Below, one piece after another: positions 1 to 7,912 of a DNA stretch of 64,000 bases (position 1 is the stretch's first letter; every line of letters begins with the position of its first letter). A program made the translations under genes and the position numbers. The notes beneath the pieces are model-generated. The model was given only the letters and a program-made list of their open reading frames with translations, searched no databases and was not told the DNA's origin. This DNA is from Planctomycetota bacterium (GTDB lineage Bacteria > Planctomycetota > B15-G4): positions 1 to 64,000 of the forward strand of contig JBBQUR010000020.1 in NCBI GenBank assembly GCA_038212275.1. The letters run 5' to 3'.

Positions 1-80
1 GGGGGGGGGGGCCCGCGCCCCCGCCCCGCCCCCCCCCCCCCGCGGGGGGCCGCGCCGCCCCCCCCCCCCCCCCCCCCCGC
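1..80. other. Low-complexity G/C homopolymer tract, probably a contig-end or sequencing artefact
   Basis: Runs of poly-G and poly-C with no A/T at the very start of the window. Confidence 0.6.
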
Positions 81-162
81 CACCGGCATTTCAGCCCGGC
101 ATGCCGCGGCGCTGCATGGCGATGCGCGGCACGGCGCGGCGTGACCTGGCCCGGCGCGCCAC

Positions 163-951
163 TTGCCTTGGCACGTGGACCGCGGTCACCATGCCTGCAT
201 GAGCCACGCACACCGTCACGCTTCCCCAGCACGCCTCAACACCTCCTCGGACTGCGGCACATCCGTCGCCGCGCCCCCCTGCGGACACCGCTCGGCCCGT
301 CGGAGCGCCCCGAACGCCGCGCTGCTTGCCGTGCTGCTCGGCCTGCTCGCCCTCGGCAGCGCCTGTTCGTCGATCTACTACGACACGCTCGAGAAGTTCG
401 GCATCGAGAAGCGCGACGTGCTGGCCGACCGCGTCGAAGAGGGCCGCGACGCGCAGCAGGAGGCCGGCGAGCAGTTCAAGACGACGCTCGAGGCCTTCAA
501 GAGCGCCACCGGATTCCAAGGCGGCAAGCTCGAGGACACCTACAGCAGGCTCAACGATGACTACGAGCGCTGCGAGAGCAGCGCGACCGAGGTCTCCGAC
601 CGCATCGAGTCGATCGAGAACGTGGCCACGGACCTCTTCGCCGAATGGAAGACGGAGATCGGCGAGATCTCGAGCCCCGAGCTGCGCAGCAACAGCCAGA
701 GCCTGCTGACGCAGACCAAGGCCAGCTACCAGAACCTGATCGGCGCGATGAAGAAGGCCGAGAGCCGCATGCCGCCGGTGCTCACGGCCTTCAAGGACCA
801 GGTCCTCTTCCTCAAGCACAACCTCAACGCGCAGGCGATCGCGTCGCTGCAGAGCAACGTGGCCGGCATCGAGAAGGACGTCGCCCGGCTGGTCTCGGAC
901 ATGGAGGCCTCCATCGCCGAAGCGGACGCATTCATCAAGACGCTGGGTTGA
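163..951 (+). CDS. DUF2959 family lipoprotein (coiled-coil); true start may be downstream
   Basis: Hydrophobic stretch plus lipobox-like LGSAC, then SSIYYDTLEKFGIEKRDVLADRVEEGRDAQ and DQVLFLKHNLNAQAI, typical of DUF2959. Confidence 0.85.
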   Translation: MPWHVDRGHHACMSHAHRHASPARLNTSSDCGTSVAAPPCGHRSARRSAPNAALLAVLLGLLALGSACSSIYYDTLEKFGIEKRDVLADRVEEGRDAQQEAGEQFKTTLEAFKSATGFQGGKLEDTYSRLNDDYERCESSATEVSDRIESIENVATDLFAEWKTEIGEISSPELRSNSQSLLTQTKASYQNLIGAMKKAESRMPPVLTAFKDQVLFLKHNLNAQAIASLQSNVAGIEKDVARLVSDMEASIAEADAFIKTLG

Positions 952-1027
952 GCGTGGTGCCCCGCCGGCGGCACGCGCCGATCGGGACGGCTGCGACGAC
1001 CGCGCGCCGTCCGCACAGGATCGCCCG

Positions 1028-2320
1028 ATGAGCGCGCCCGGACCGACTGTCACCCCCAAGGCCCCGGCCGAGGAGCCGTTCATCATCACGGCGATGCTGT
1101 CGCTGCTGGGCGGCGCGCTGTGGATCGCGCTGCGGCCGGAGCTGCTGCTGCAGTTCTACTATTCGCCGGAGATGCTGGCGCTGACGCACCTGCTCACGCT
1201 CGGCTTCGCCACCTCGCTGGTCATGGGCGTGCTGCTGCGCCTTGCACCGACGGCGCTCCACTGCCCTGTGCGGTCGCGCGGCGCGGCCATCACGCAGTGC
1301 GTGCTCTACCTCGTCGGCGCCAGCGGCATGGTGATCCACTTCGCCCTGGGCACGTGGGTCGGACTCGCCTGGGCCACGGTGCTCGTGCTTGCGGCGGCCA
1401 TCATCCAGGCCTTCAACCTGTCCTTCGTCTTCCGGCAGGCGCTGCGCGGTGACCCCGTCGCAATGCACGTCGCCGCGGCGCTCGTGAATCTCGTGCTGGC
1501 AGCCACGCTTGGAATGTCCTTCGGCATGCTGCGCGCACACGGCCTCGGGACGAGCTGGCTCACGGCCCCGCTGCTCGACCGCATCGCGGCGCATCTGCAC
1601 CTCGCGCTCGTCGGCTGGATCACCATGATGATCCTCGGACTGCAGCTTCAGCTCCTGCCGCAGACGATCGGCAGCCGCCGCTGGCTTCCGCTCCGCTTTC
1701 TCGCGCTGCAACTGGGACTCCTCGTCAGCGTGACCTGCCTGCTGACCGGCTGGCCCGGCCGTGCCGTCGGCGCCGCGCTGGTGCTCGCCGCGCTCGTCAG
1801 CCATGCGGCAGGAGCGCTGGCCGCGTTCTCGATCCGCCGCGCCGACGTCTGGGAAATGATCGCGCTCGTGCTGCTCCTGCTGCTCGGCTTCACCGGCCTC
1901 GCGCTCGCGCTCGACCTCCCGGATCCGGCGTCGCCCCTGCGCCTGCGCGTCGAGTTCGCCTACGGCGTCGTGGCGCTCTTCGGCTGGGTGTGCCTGACCG
2001 TCGCGTCCACGGCCTTCAAGCTTTTCCCCACCTGGGTCTGGGAGGAGCGCTTCCTCCCGGAGCATCGGAGCACCGGCGTCGCAGTCCCCGCTCCGGTCAC
2101 GCTGTTCAGCCAGAGGCTCCGGCATGCCAGCGGCGCATTGCTCACGCTCGGCTCGCTGGCCACGGCCGCCGGCATGCTGGCCGAGGAGCCGGGCCTCGTG
2201 GCCGTCGCCGCGTGGGTGCTCGTCGCGGGCGTGCTGGCCTTCGTGGCCAACTTCATCCGCACGGCACGCTGGGCCCTGCTGCGCAAAGAGTGGTCGCCGC
2301 CGCAGCCCCCCCCGCCCTGA
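1028..2320 (+). CDS. Polytopic membrane protein (~12 TM) with intramembrane His motifs; NnrS / heme-copper oxidase subunit I-like
   Basis: Many hydrophobic helices; internally repeated motifs THLLTLGF..MG and AHLHLALVGW..MILG. Confidence 0.6.
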   Translation: MSAPGPTVTPKAPAEEPFIITAMLSLLGGALWIALRPELLLQFYYSPEMLALTHLLTLGFATSLVMGVLLRLAPTALHCPVRSRGAAITQCVLYLVGASGMVIHFALGTWVGLAWATVLVLAAAIIQAFNLSFVFRQALRGDPVAMHVAAALVNLVLAATLGMSFGMLRAHGLGTSWLTAPLLDRIAAHLHLALVGWITMMILGLQLQLLPQTIGSRRWLPLRFLALQLGLLVSVTCLLTGWPGRAVGAALVLAALVSHAAGALAAFSIRRADVWEMIALVLLLLLGFTGLALALDLPDPASPLRLRVEFAYGVVALFGWVCLTVASTAFKLFPTWVWEERFLPEHRSTGVAVPAPVTLFSQRLRHASGALLTLGSLATAAGMLAEEPGLVAVAAWVLVAGVLAFVANFIRTARWALLRKEWSPPQPPPP

Positions 2321-2350
2321 GGGGAGCCGCGAGGCACGCGCCGGCTCGAA

Positions 2351-2368
2351 TCTTCATGGATTCTTTAC
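2351..2368 (+). promoter_or_regulatory. Pho-box-like direct repeat (TCTTCAT-ggat-TCTTTAC)
   Basis: 11-bp-period heptamer repeat about 27 bp upstream of the DUF47-pit operon; similar motifs at 47662 and 51279. Confidence 0.5.
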
Positions 2369-2394
2369 GCGGCAGGCTGTTTCAATGCGCCCCC

Positions 2395-3018
2395 ATGATC
2401 TGGTTCATGCCCAAGGAAGAAGACTTCTTCGAGCTCTTCGAGCGCGCGGCGAACAACGCGCACGAAGGCGCGATCCAATTGCTCGAGTTCCTGGAGAAGT
2501 TCGACGACATCGTCGAACGCGCCAAGCGCATCAAGGACATCGAGCATGCCGGCGACCAGATCACCCACGAGGTGATCGACCGCCTTAATCGGACCTTCAT
2601 CACCCCGTTGGACCGCGAGGACATCCACGAGCTGGCCTGCCGTCTCGACGACATCATCGACCTCATCGACACCGGCGTGAACCGCATGGTGGCCTACCGG
2701 ATCACGACGGCCACCCCCGAAGTGCGCGAGATGGCGCGCTGCCTCAAGCACGCGACGCAGCTGATCACCGAGGCCGTCCCCCTGCTGCGGGACATGAAGA
2801 ACGCCAAACTGATCAGCCAGAAGTGCATTGCCATCCAGACGCAGGAGAACGAGGCCGATCGCGTGATGCACGCCGCCCTGGCCTCGCTCTTCGACAATCA
2901 GCACGACGCGATCGAGATCATCAAGTGGAAGGACATCTACGAGGAGATCGAGTCCGCGACCGACCGCTGTGAAGACGTGGCCAACGTCCTCGATTCCATC
3001 GTGCTGAAGAATGCCTGA
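2395..3018 (+). CDS. DUF47 / PhoU-like phosphate transport regulator
   Basis: PKEEDFFELF, IEHAGDQITHE, TFITPLDREDI, IKWKDIYEEIESATDRCEDVA; overlaps the pit start. Confidence 0.93.
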   Translation: MIWFMPKEEDFFELFERAANNAHEGAIQLLEFLEKFDDIVERAKRIKDIEHAGDQITHEVIDRLNRTFITPLDREDIHELACRLDDIIDLIDTGVNRMVAYRITTATPEVREMARCLKHATQLITEAVPLLRDMKNAKLISQKCIAIQTQENEADRVMHAALASLFDNQHDAIEIIKWKDIYEEIESATDRCEDVANVLDSIVLKNA

Positions 3019-4015
3019 CCTGCCGATTGCGGTCTGGGCGATCATCGCGCTGGCCCTCGCGTTCGACTTCGTCAACGGCTTCCACGACGCCGCGAACTCC
3101 ATCGCCACGATCGTCAGCACGCGCGTGCTCAAGCCGCAGTGGGCCGTGCTCTGGGCCGCCTTCTTCAACTTCGTGGCCTTCCTGTTCTTCGGGCTGCATG
3201 TCGCGGGCACCATCGGCACGGGCATCGTCGAACCGTCGGCGATCACGCTTCCGGTGGTCACGGCGGGCCTCGTCGCGGCCGTCGCCTGGAATCTGATCAC
3301 CTGGTATGGCGGCATCCCGTCCAGCAGCAGCCATGCCCTCGTCGGCGGCTTCGCGGGCGCGGCCTATCTGCACGGTGGCGCGGATGCGCTCCTCTCCGCC
3401 GGCCTGATCAAGATCGTGATCTTCATCTTCATCGCGCCGCTCATGGGCTTCGTGATCGGCTTCGCGTTCATGCTGCTCACGTACTGGACTTGCCGGAAGA
3501 GCACGCCGCGACGCGTGTCCGGCGTGTTCAAGAAACTGCAGCTCGTGTCGGCCGCGGCCTACAGCCTCGGACACGGCGGCAACGATGCGCAGAAGACCAT
3601 GGGCATCATTCTCGCGGTGCTCATCGCCTCGGGCAGTGCGACTCCCACGGCCGCGGTCCCGTTCTGGGTGGTCATCTCGTGCCACACGGCGATGGCACTC
3701 GGGACGATGGCGGGCGGCTGGCGCATCGTGAAGACGATGGGCCAGAAGATCGCCGAGCTGCAGCCGGTGCACGGATTCGCGGCCGAGTCGGCCGGCGCCC
3801 TGTGTCTCTACGGTGCGACGTACTTCGGCATCCCGGTCAGCACCACGCACACGATCACGGGCGCGATCCTCGGCGTCGGCGCCACCAACGGCGTCAAGGC
3901 CGTGCGCTGGGGCGTGGCGGGCCGCGTCGTGTGGGCCTGGATCCTGACGATTCCCGCTGCCGCCGTCATTGCCGCCGGCAGCCTGTGGATCTTCAAGCTG
4001 GCGGGCTGGCACTAG
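3011..4015 (+). CDS. pit: Inorganic phosphate transporter, PiT family
   Basis: Signatures NGFHDAANSIAT, GIPSSSSHALVGG, HGGNDAQKTMG, GIPVSTTHTITGAI. Confidence 0.95.
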   Translation: MPDLPIAVWAIIALALAFDFVNGFHDAANSIATIVSTRVLKPQWAVLWAAFFNFVAFLFFGLHVAGTIGTGIVEPSAITLPVVTAGLVAAVAWNLITWYGGIPSSSSHALVGGFAGAAYLHGGADALLSAGLIKIVIFIFIAPLMGFVIGFAFMLLTYWTCRKSTPRRVSGVFKKLQLVSAAAYSLGHGGNDAQKTMGIILAVLIASGSATPTAAVPFWVVISCHTAMALGTMAGGWRIVKTMGQKIAELQPVHGFAAESAGALCLYGATYFGIPVSTTHTITGAILGVGATNGVKAVRWGVAGRVVWAWILTIPAAAVIAAGSLWIFKLAGWH

Positions 4016-4096
4016 CCACGGAATCGAGGCATCGAGCCTGCGCCCGCGCCGCCGTGCCGCCTACAATCGTCACCCGATTCCGGAGGCCGAGAGCGC

Positions 4097-4507
4097 GTGG
4101 GCTGGACCGAGTGGCTGATCATCCTCGTCGTCGCGGCGCTGCTGTTCCGGCCGCGCGGGCTGGGCAAGTCCCTCGGCAACGTCGCCGGATCATTCCGCGA
4201 GGGTGCACGGTCAGGCCCCGCGGACGGCGCTGAGGCGGGCGGCGGTCACTCCGCGAACACGCAGCAGGGTCAGGCGGTCCAGCCCGGAGGCACGTCGCCA
4301 GCGGACGAACGCACGCGCCTGCTGGCCGTGCTCGAGTTGCCGCCGGACGCCGATGACGAACAGATCCGCCGCGCGTGGCGCGAGCTGGCCAAGGTCTGGC
4401 ACCCCGACCGCTTCGGCCAGGACGCCGCGCTCAAGGCGCGCGCCACGCGACGCCTCGCGGAGATCAACGCCGCATACGAGCAGCTCCAGCGCCGCGCGGC
4501 CCCATGA
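4097..4507 (+). CDS. TatA/E-like N-terminal TM plus amphipathic helix fused to a C-terminal DnaJ (J) domain
   Basis: MGWTEWLIILVVAALLF..LGKSLG...FREG resembles TatA; VLELPPDAD..IRRAWRELAKVWHPDRF..INAAYEQL is a J domain with HPD. Confidence 0.8.
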   Translation: MGWTEWLIILVVAALLFRPRGLGKSLGNVAGSFREGARSGPADGAEAGGGHSANTQQGQAVQPGGTSPADERTRLLAVLELPPDADDEQIRRAWRELAKVWHPDRFGQDAALKARATRRLAEINAAYEQLQRRAAP

Positions 4508-4511
4508 AGTG

Positions 4512-4546
4512 AAAAACCGTCCGGGATCCCGAAGAACCCCGGACGG
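4512..4546 (-). terminator. Intrinsic terminator-like hairpin with U-tract on the minus strand
   Basis: ccgtccggg (4517-4525) pairs with cccggacgg (4538-4546); aaaaa at 4512-4516. Confidence 0.7.
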
Positions 4547-4556
4547 CGATCACTTA

Positions 4557-4770
4557 TTCACACCCCCGCCCCGTGGTCCTGGCTCTCGCCAGGCTCTGGT
4601 GCAGGTCCAACTCGAATCGTGTTGCATCACCCATGGCAACGGCGCTTGGGACGCCGGAGCAGCGGCGCGCCGTGGAATGCCGCCCCTGGCACTCCAGCAA
4701 CACGCCATCCACCAGACAAAGCGAGTGAAGTCGGACCTCCGGGACAACAATTCCGGATTCTCCCCGTGAA
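4557..4770 (-). ncRNA. Candidate structured non-coding RNA (unclassified)
   Basis: Nested stems 4603-4612/4729-4738 and 4618-4625/4697-4704; crossing pair 4595-4601/4710-4716; hairpin 4578-4593; lies directly upstream of a minus-strand terminator. Confidence 0.35.
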
Positions 4771-5018
4771 GGCCCCGCCGGCGCCCGCGCCGGGACGACA
4801 GCCCGCAGCCGCCCTCACGCCATCCGGCAAGTTTCGCGAGGCCGCGACAAATTGCCTGTCCCGCGCCGGCACGTTCTCTCGCTTTGCTTGTGGAGCATCC
4901 GACGGCACGACTTCCCGACCGCGGCGGGTGCACCCCACGACCTTCAGCAGCGGGTGTAATCTTTGCCCAACTTCAGCACCACCTCGTCGGAGCCGACGCG
5001 CGCGCGCCGGGCTTGTCC

Positions 5019-5786
5019 ATGCCGGAAGCAGCCACCACGCCCCCGGACGCCGAGTCGCCCGAGCGGCGCGTGCTCGAGTTCGCGCACACGCAGCTGGGCC
5101 CTGCGAGCGAGCGGCTGCTGCGCCAACCGGAGCTGCTCGACGCCGTCGTCGGTGAGGTCCGCGGGGGCCGCCTCCTGGCCGACGCGACGCTCGGCTGCGT
5201 GTATCGCCACCTCCAGGGCCAGCGGCAGCTCGCGGACGAGTTTGCCGGCTACTTCCTTTTCGACCTCATGCGGATCGGAAAGACGTCCATGAGCAACTCG
5301 GCACAATTGCGCCGGTTTCTCGACACCGGCGACCTCGTGCTCTCCGTCTTCGGCGATCTGTGGACGGACTTCTCCGACCTCGAATTCCAGTCCAGCGTCC
5401 AGTTCAAGTCGCTGTTCGCCAAGCGCATCAACTGGAAGGCCATCGACCAGTCGCGCAAGTTCAACGGCATGACCCGCCGCGAGGATCGGCGCCTGGCCCA
5501 GCAACCCGATGAGCTTGACCTCCCGGCCGTGGACGGAGCCGGCTCGCCGCTGCCGCAGGCGATCCGCGCCGAGGAGCGCGACCTCTTCATCCTGATTCTG
5601 CTGCGCCTGGAACCGCGCGATCGGCAACTGCTCACGCTGCGCCTGCGCGGGCTGCCGCTCGAAGACGTCGCCCAGTCGCTCGGCCTCTCGGTGGACGCGG
5701 CGCGCAAGGCCACGGACCGGGCCATCTTCAAGGCACGTCAGCTCGCCTCCGTCGACAACAGCCAGGCAGGCTCCGCCCTGCATTGA
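5019..5786 (+). CDS. ECF-type sigma-70 factor with N-terminal extension
   Basis: sigma2-like LRRFLDTGDLVLSVF...WKAIDQSRK; sigma4-like LEPRDRQLLTLRLRGLPLEDVAQSLGLSVDAARK. Confidence 0.75.
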   Translation: MPEAATTPPDAESPERRVLEFAHTQLGPASERLLRQPELLDAVVGEVRGGRLLADATLGCVYRHLQGQRQLADEFAGYFLFDLMRIGKTSMSNSAQLRRFLDTGDLVLSVFGDLWTDFSDLEFQSSVQFKSLFAKRINWKAIDQSRKFNGMTRREDRRLAQQPDELDLPAVDGAGSPLPQAIRAEERDLFILILLRLEPRDRQLLTLRLRGLPLEDVAQSLGLSVDAARKATDRAIFKARQLASVDNSQAGSALH

Positions 5787-6184
5787 GCCGGCGAGCTGCG
5801 CCTGCGACCCAGGTCCCCGACACACCACACGATTCACAACATGAAAGGAGGACCTGCGCCGCAGAGGCTGCCGGTACGCCCCACGCACGCTGCGATCCCG
5901 AACGATCGGTCCGCGCGTAAGGCGATTCACCTCACCGGCTGGAGCCTCCGCCGGAGCGTACAGGAAGACAAGCTCGCTGCGCGTTGCCACGGCCGGCTGG
6001 CCGCGGACGTGCGCGACATCGACAGGGTGCGACGCGTCGGAGGGGATCCGCAGCGCGTGGCGCGTCCACTTTGCGGCGGACGTCGTGTCCGCCGCACGAG
6101 TGTCCCGAGTCACGTCGCACTGGCCGGGATGCTCGCATCAACCGTGTCCTGAATCCTCACCACCACGAGGAGAAAGGCTCTCGC

Positions 6185-7852
6185 ATGCTGCGTCGTCTGG
6201 AGTCCGTCCGTACCCTGTCGCCCCTCGGCAAGCTGCTGCTGCCGACCTTGCTTGCGGCTTTCGTCGGCTCGCAGCACGCGCTCGCGCAGACCGTCGTCAA
6301 CACGAAGTACGGCGCGGATGCCAATTCCGGATTCGGTGTCGTCGCACCGGCGGGCGACCTCGACCATGACGGCGTGCCCGACCTGCTCGTCGGCGCGCCG
6401 CTTCACGACGAGCCGGGCGTCGGACAGGATGCGGGCCTGGCGCAGGTGCTCGCCGGCTCGGACGGCCACGTGCTGCTCACGCTGCACGGCACGCTCGCCG
6501 GGGAGTTGTTCGGCACGGCCGTCGCGGGACTCGGCGATGTCGACGGCGACGGCACCACCGACCTGCTCGTCGGTGCGCCGGGCCCGCTCGACGCGCTCGG
6601 CCATGCGCGCGTGCACTCCGGCGCGACGGGCGCGCTGCTCTACACGCTCGGCGGCACGCAGCCGGGCGATCGATTTGGCGCCTCCGTCGCCGTCACCGGC
6701 GACGTCGATGGCGACGGCGTCCCTGACCTGCTCATCGGTGCGCCCGCCACCGATGCCGCCGGCAGCCCTGCGGTGAAGGACGCCGGCGCCGCGTTCGCGT
6801 ATTCAGGCAAGACCGGACTGCAGCTCCACGCCTTCGTCGGGACCACGGAGGGTGGTCAACTCGGCGCCTGCGTGGCCGGCCAGCCGGTGGGCACGCTCTT
6901 CGCGGACGATGAGCCCACTGTCATCATCGGCTGCACGGCAGAGGGCGGCGGCAGCCCCGGCCCGGGATCGGTCCAGGTGCACTCCGGCCTGGATTGGCAC
7001 CTGAAGCTGGCCGTCGCGGGCAGCCAGCCGGGCGATCGATTCGGCCGCTCGATCTCGCCGATGGGCGACCTCAACGGGGACGGCGTCGGCGACCTGCTCA
7101 TCGGCAGCCTCGCAGGCTACGCCCGCCTGCTGGACGGCGCGACGGGCGCCACGCTCGCCGAGTTCACCGGCCCGGCGAACACTCTCTATGGTGCGGCCGT
7201 CGGCGGCATCGGCGACGTGAACGGTGACGGCACGCCGGACCTCGCGATCGGCGAACCGGGCGCGGATGCCGCCGGCCTCGATGCCGGCGCCGTCCACGTG
7301 TACTCCGGCAGTGACCACTCCGAACTGCACGTCGTTCACGGCCCGCAGCCGCACGCGGCCGCAGGCACGTCGGTGGCTTTCGCCGGCGACGTGAACGGCG
7401 ACCTGCTCGCCGACGTGGCGGTGGGCACGCCCGGCGCGGGCGCCGACGGCCAGCAGCCCGGCGGCGTCTTCACGCTTTCGCTCACGCGCTGGCAGGATCA
7501 CGGCGGTGGCCTGCCGGGCATCTACGACATCCCGCGGCTCACCGGCCAGGGCGGACTCGTCGCCAACACCGAGGTGGACCTCGTGCTCTCGGGCGCACGC
7601 TCGCTGGCCAGCGTGACGATGGTGCTGGGCACCGCCGTGTGCATCAACGCCTCCAAGGGCACGCTGACTCCGCTGCCGCAGATCGTGACGACGGGCCTGC
7701 TCACGGATTCGGTGGGCGGCCTGCACTACGCGTTCACGTGGCCGACCGGCATGCCGTCCGGCCAGACGGTCTACTACCAGTTCAGCGTGAGCGACCCTGT
7801 GGCCGTGGGCGGCGATGCGCTCTCGAACACCCTGGCCGCCGTCGTGCCGTGA
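6185..7852 (+). CDS. Secreted FG-GAP (integrin-alpha-like beta-propeller) protein with shared C-terminal domain
   Basis: GAGGAG RBS; signal peptide ending ALA-Q; repeats of FG.AV...GDVDGDG.PDLLVGAP; CTD at 7490-7852. Confidence 0.9.
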   Translation: MLRRLESVRTLSPLGKLLLPTLLAAFVGSQHALAQTVVNTKYGADANSGFGVVAPAGDLDHDGVPDLLVGAPLHDEPGVGQDAGLAQVLAGSDGHVLLTLHGTLAGELFGTAVAGLGDVDGDGTTDLLVGAPGPLDALGHARVHSGATGALLYTLGGTQPGDRFGASVAVTGDVDGDGVPDLLIGAPATDAAGSPAVKDAGAAFAYSGKTGLQLHAFVGTTEGGQLGACVAGQPVGTLFADDEPTVIIGCTAEGGGSPGPGSVQVHSGLDWHLKLAVAGSQPGDRFGRSISPMGDLNGDGVGDLLIGSLAGYARLLDGATGATLAEFTGPANTLYGAAVGGIGDVNGDGTPDLAIGEPGADAAGLDAGAVHVYSGSDHSELHVVHGPQPHAAAGTSVAFAGDVNGDLLADVAVGTPGAGADGQQPGGVFTLSLTRWQDHGGGLPGIYDIPRLTGQGGLVANTEVDLVLSGARSLASVTMVLGTAVCINASKGTLTPLPQIVTTGLLTDSVGGLHYAFTWPTGMPSGQTVYYQFSVSDPVAVGGDALSNTLAAVVP

Positions 7853-7879
7853 TCTCGAGGGGGCCGTGATCTCGAGGGG
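7847..7879. repeat. Tandem duplication of ~17 bp (ccgtgatctcgagggg[g]) spanning the stop codon
   Basis: Two adjacent copies are visible. Confidence 0.8.
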
Positions 7880-7912
7880 CCGGACGGCGGACTCGCGCGG
7901 GAGCCGGGCGAC

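Noticed and set aside
1..80. G/C tracts as a G-quadruplex or regulatory element
   Set aside because: Position at the sequence start and pure homopolymer composition suggest an artefact.
5841..6152. 103-aa ORF and a strong AAAGGAGG SD-like sequence
   Set aside because: The SD lies inside the ORF start and is not followed by a suitable start codon; the translation is Arg/Pro-rich and shadow-like.
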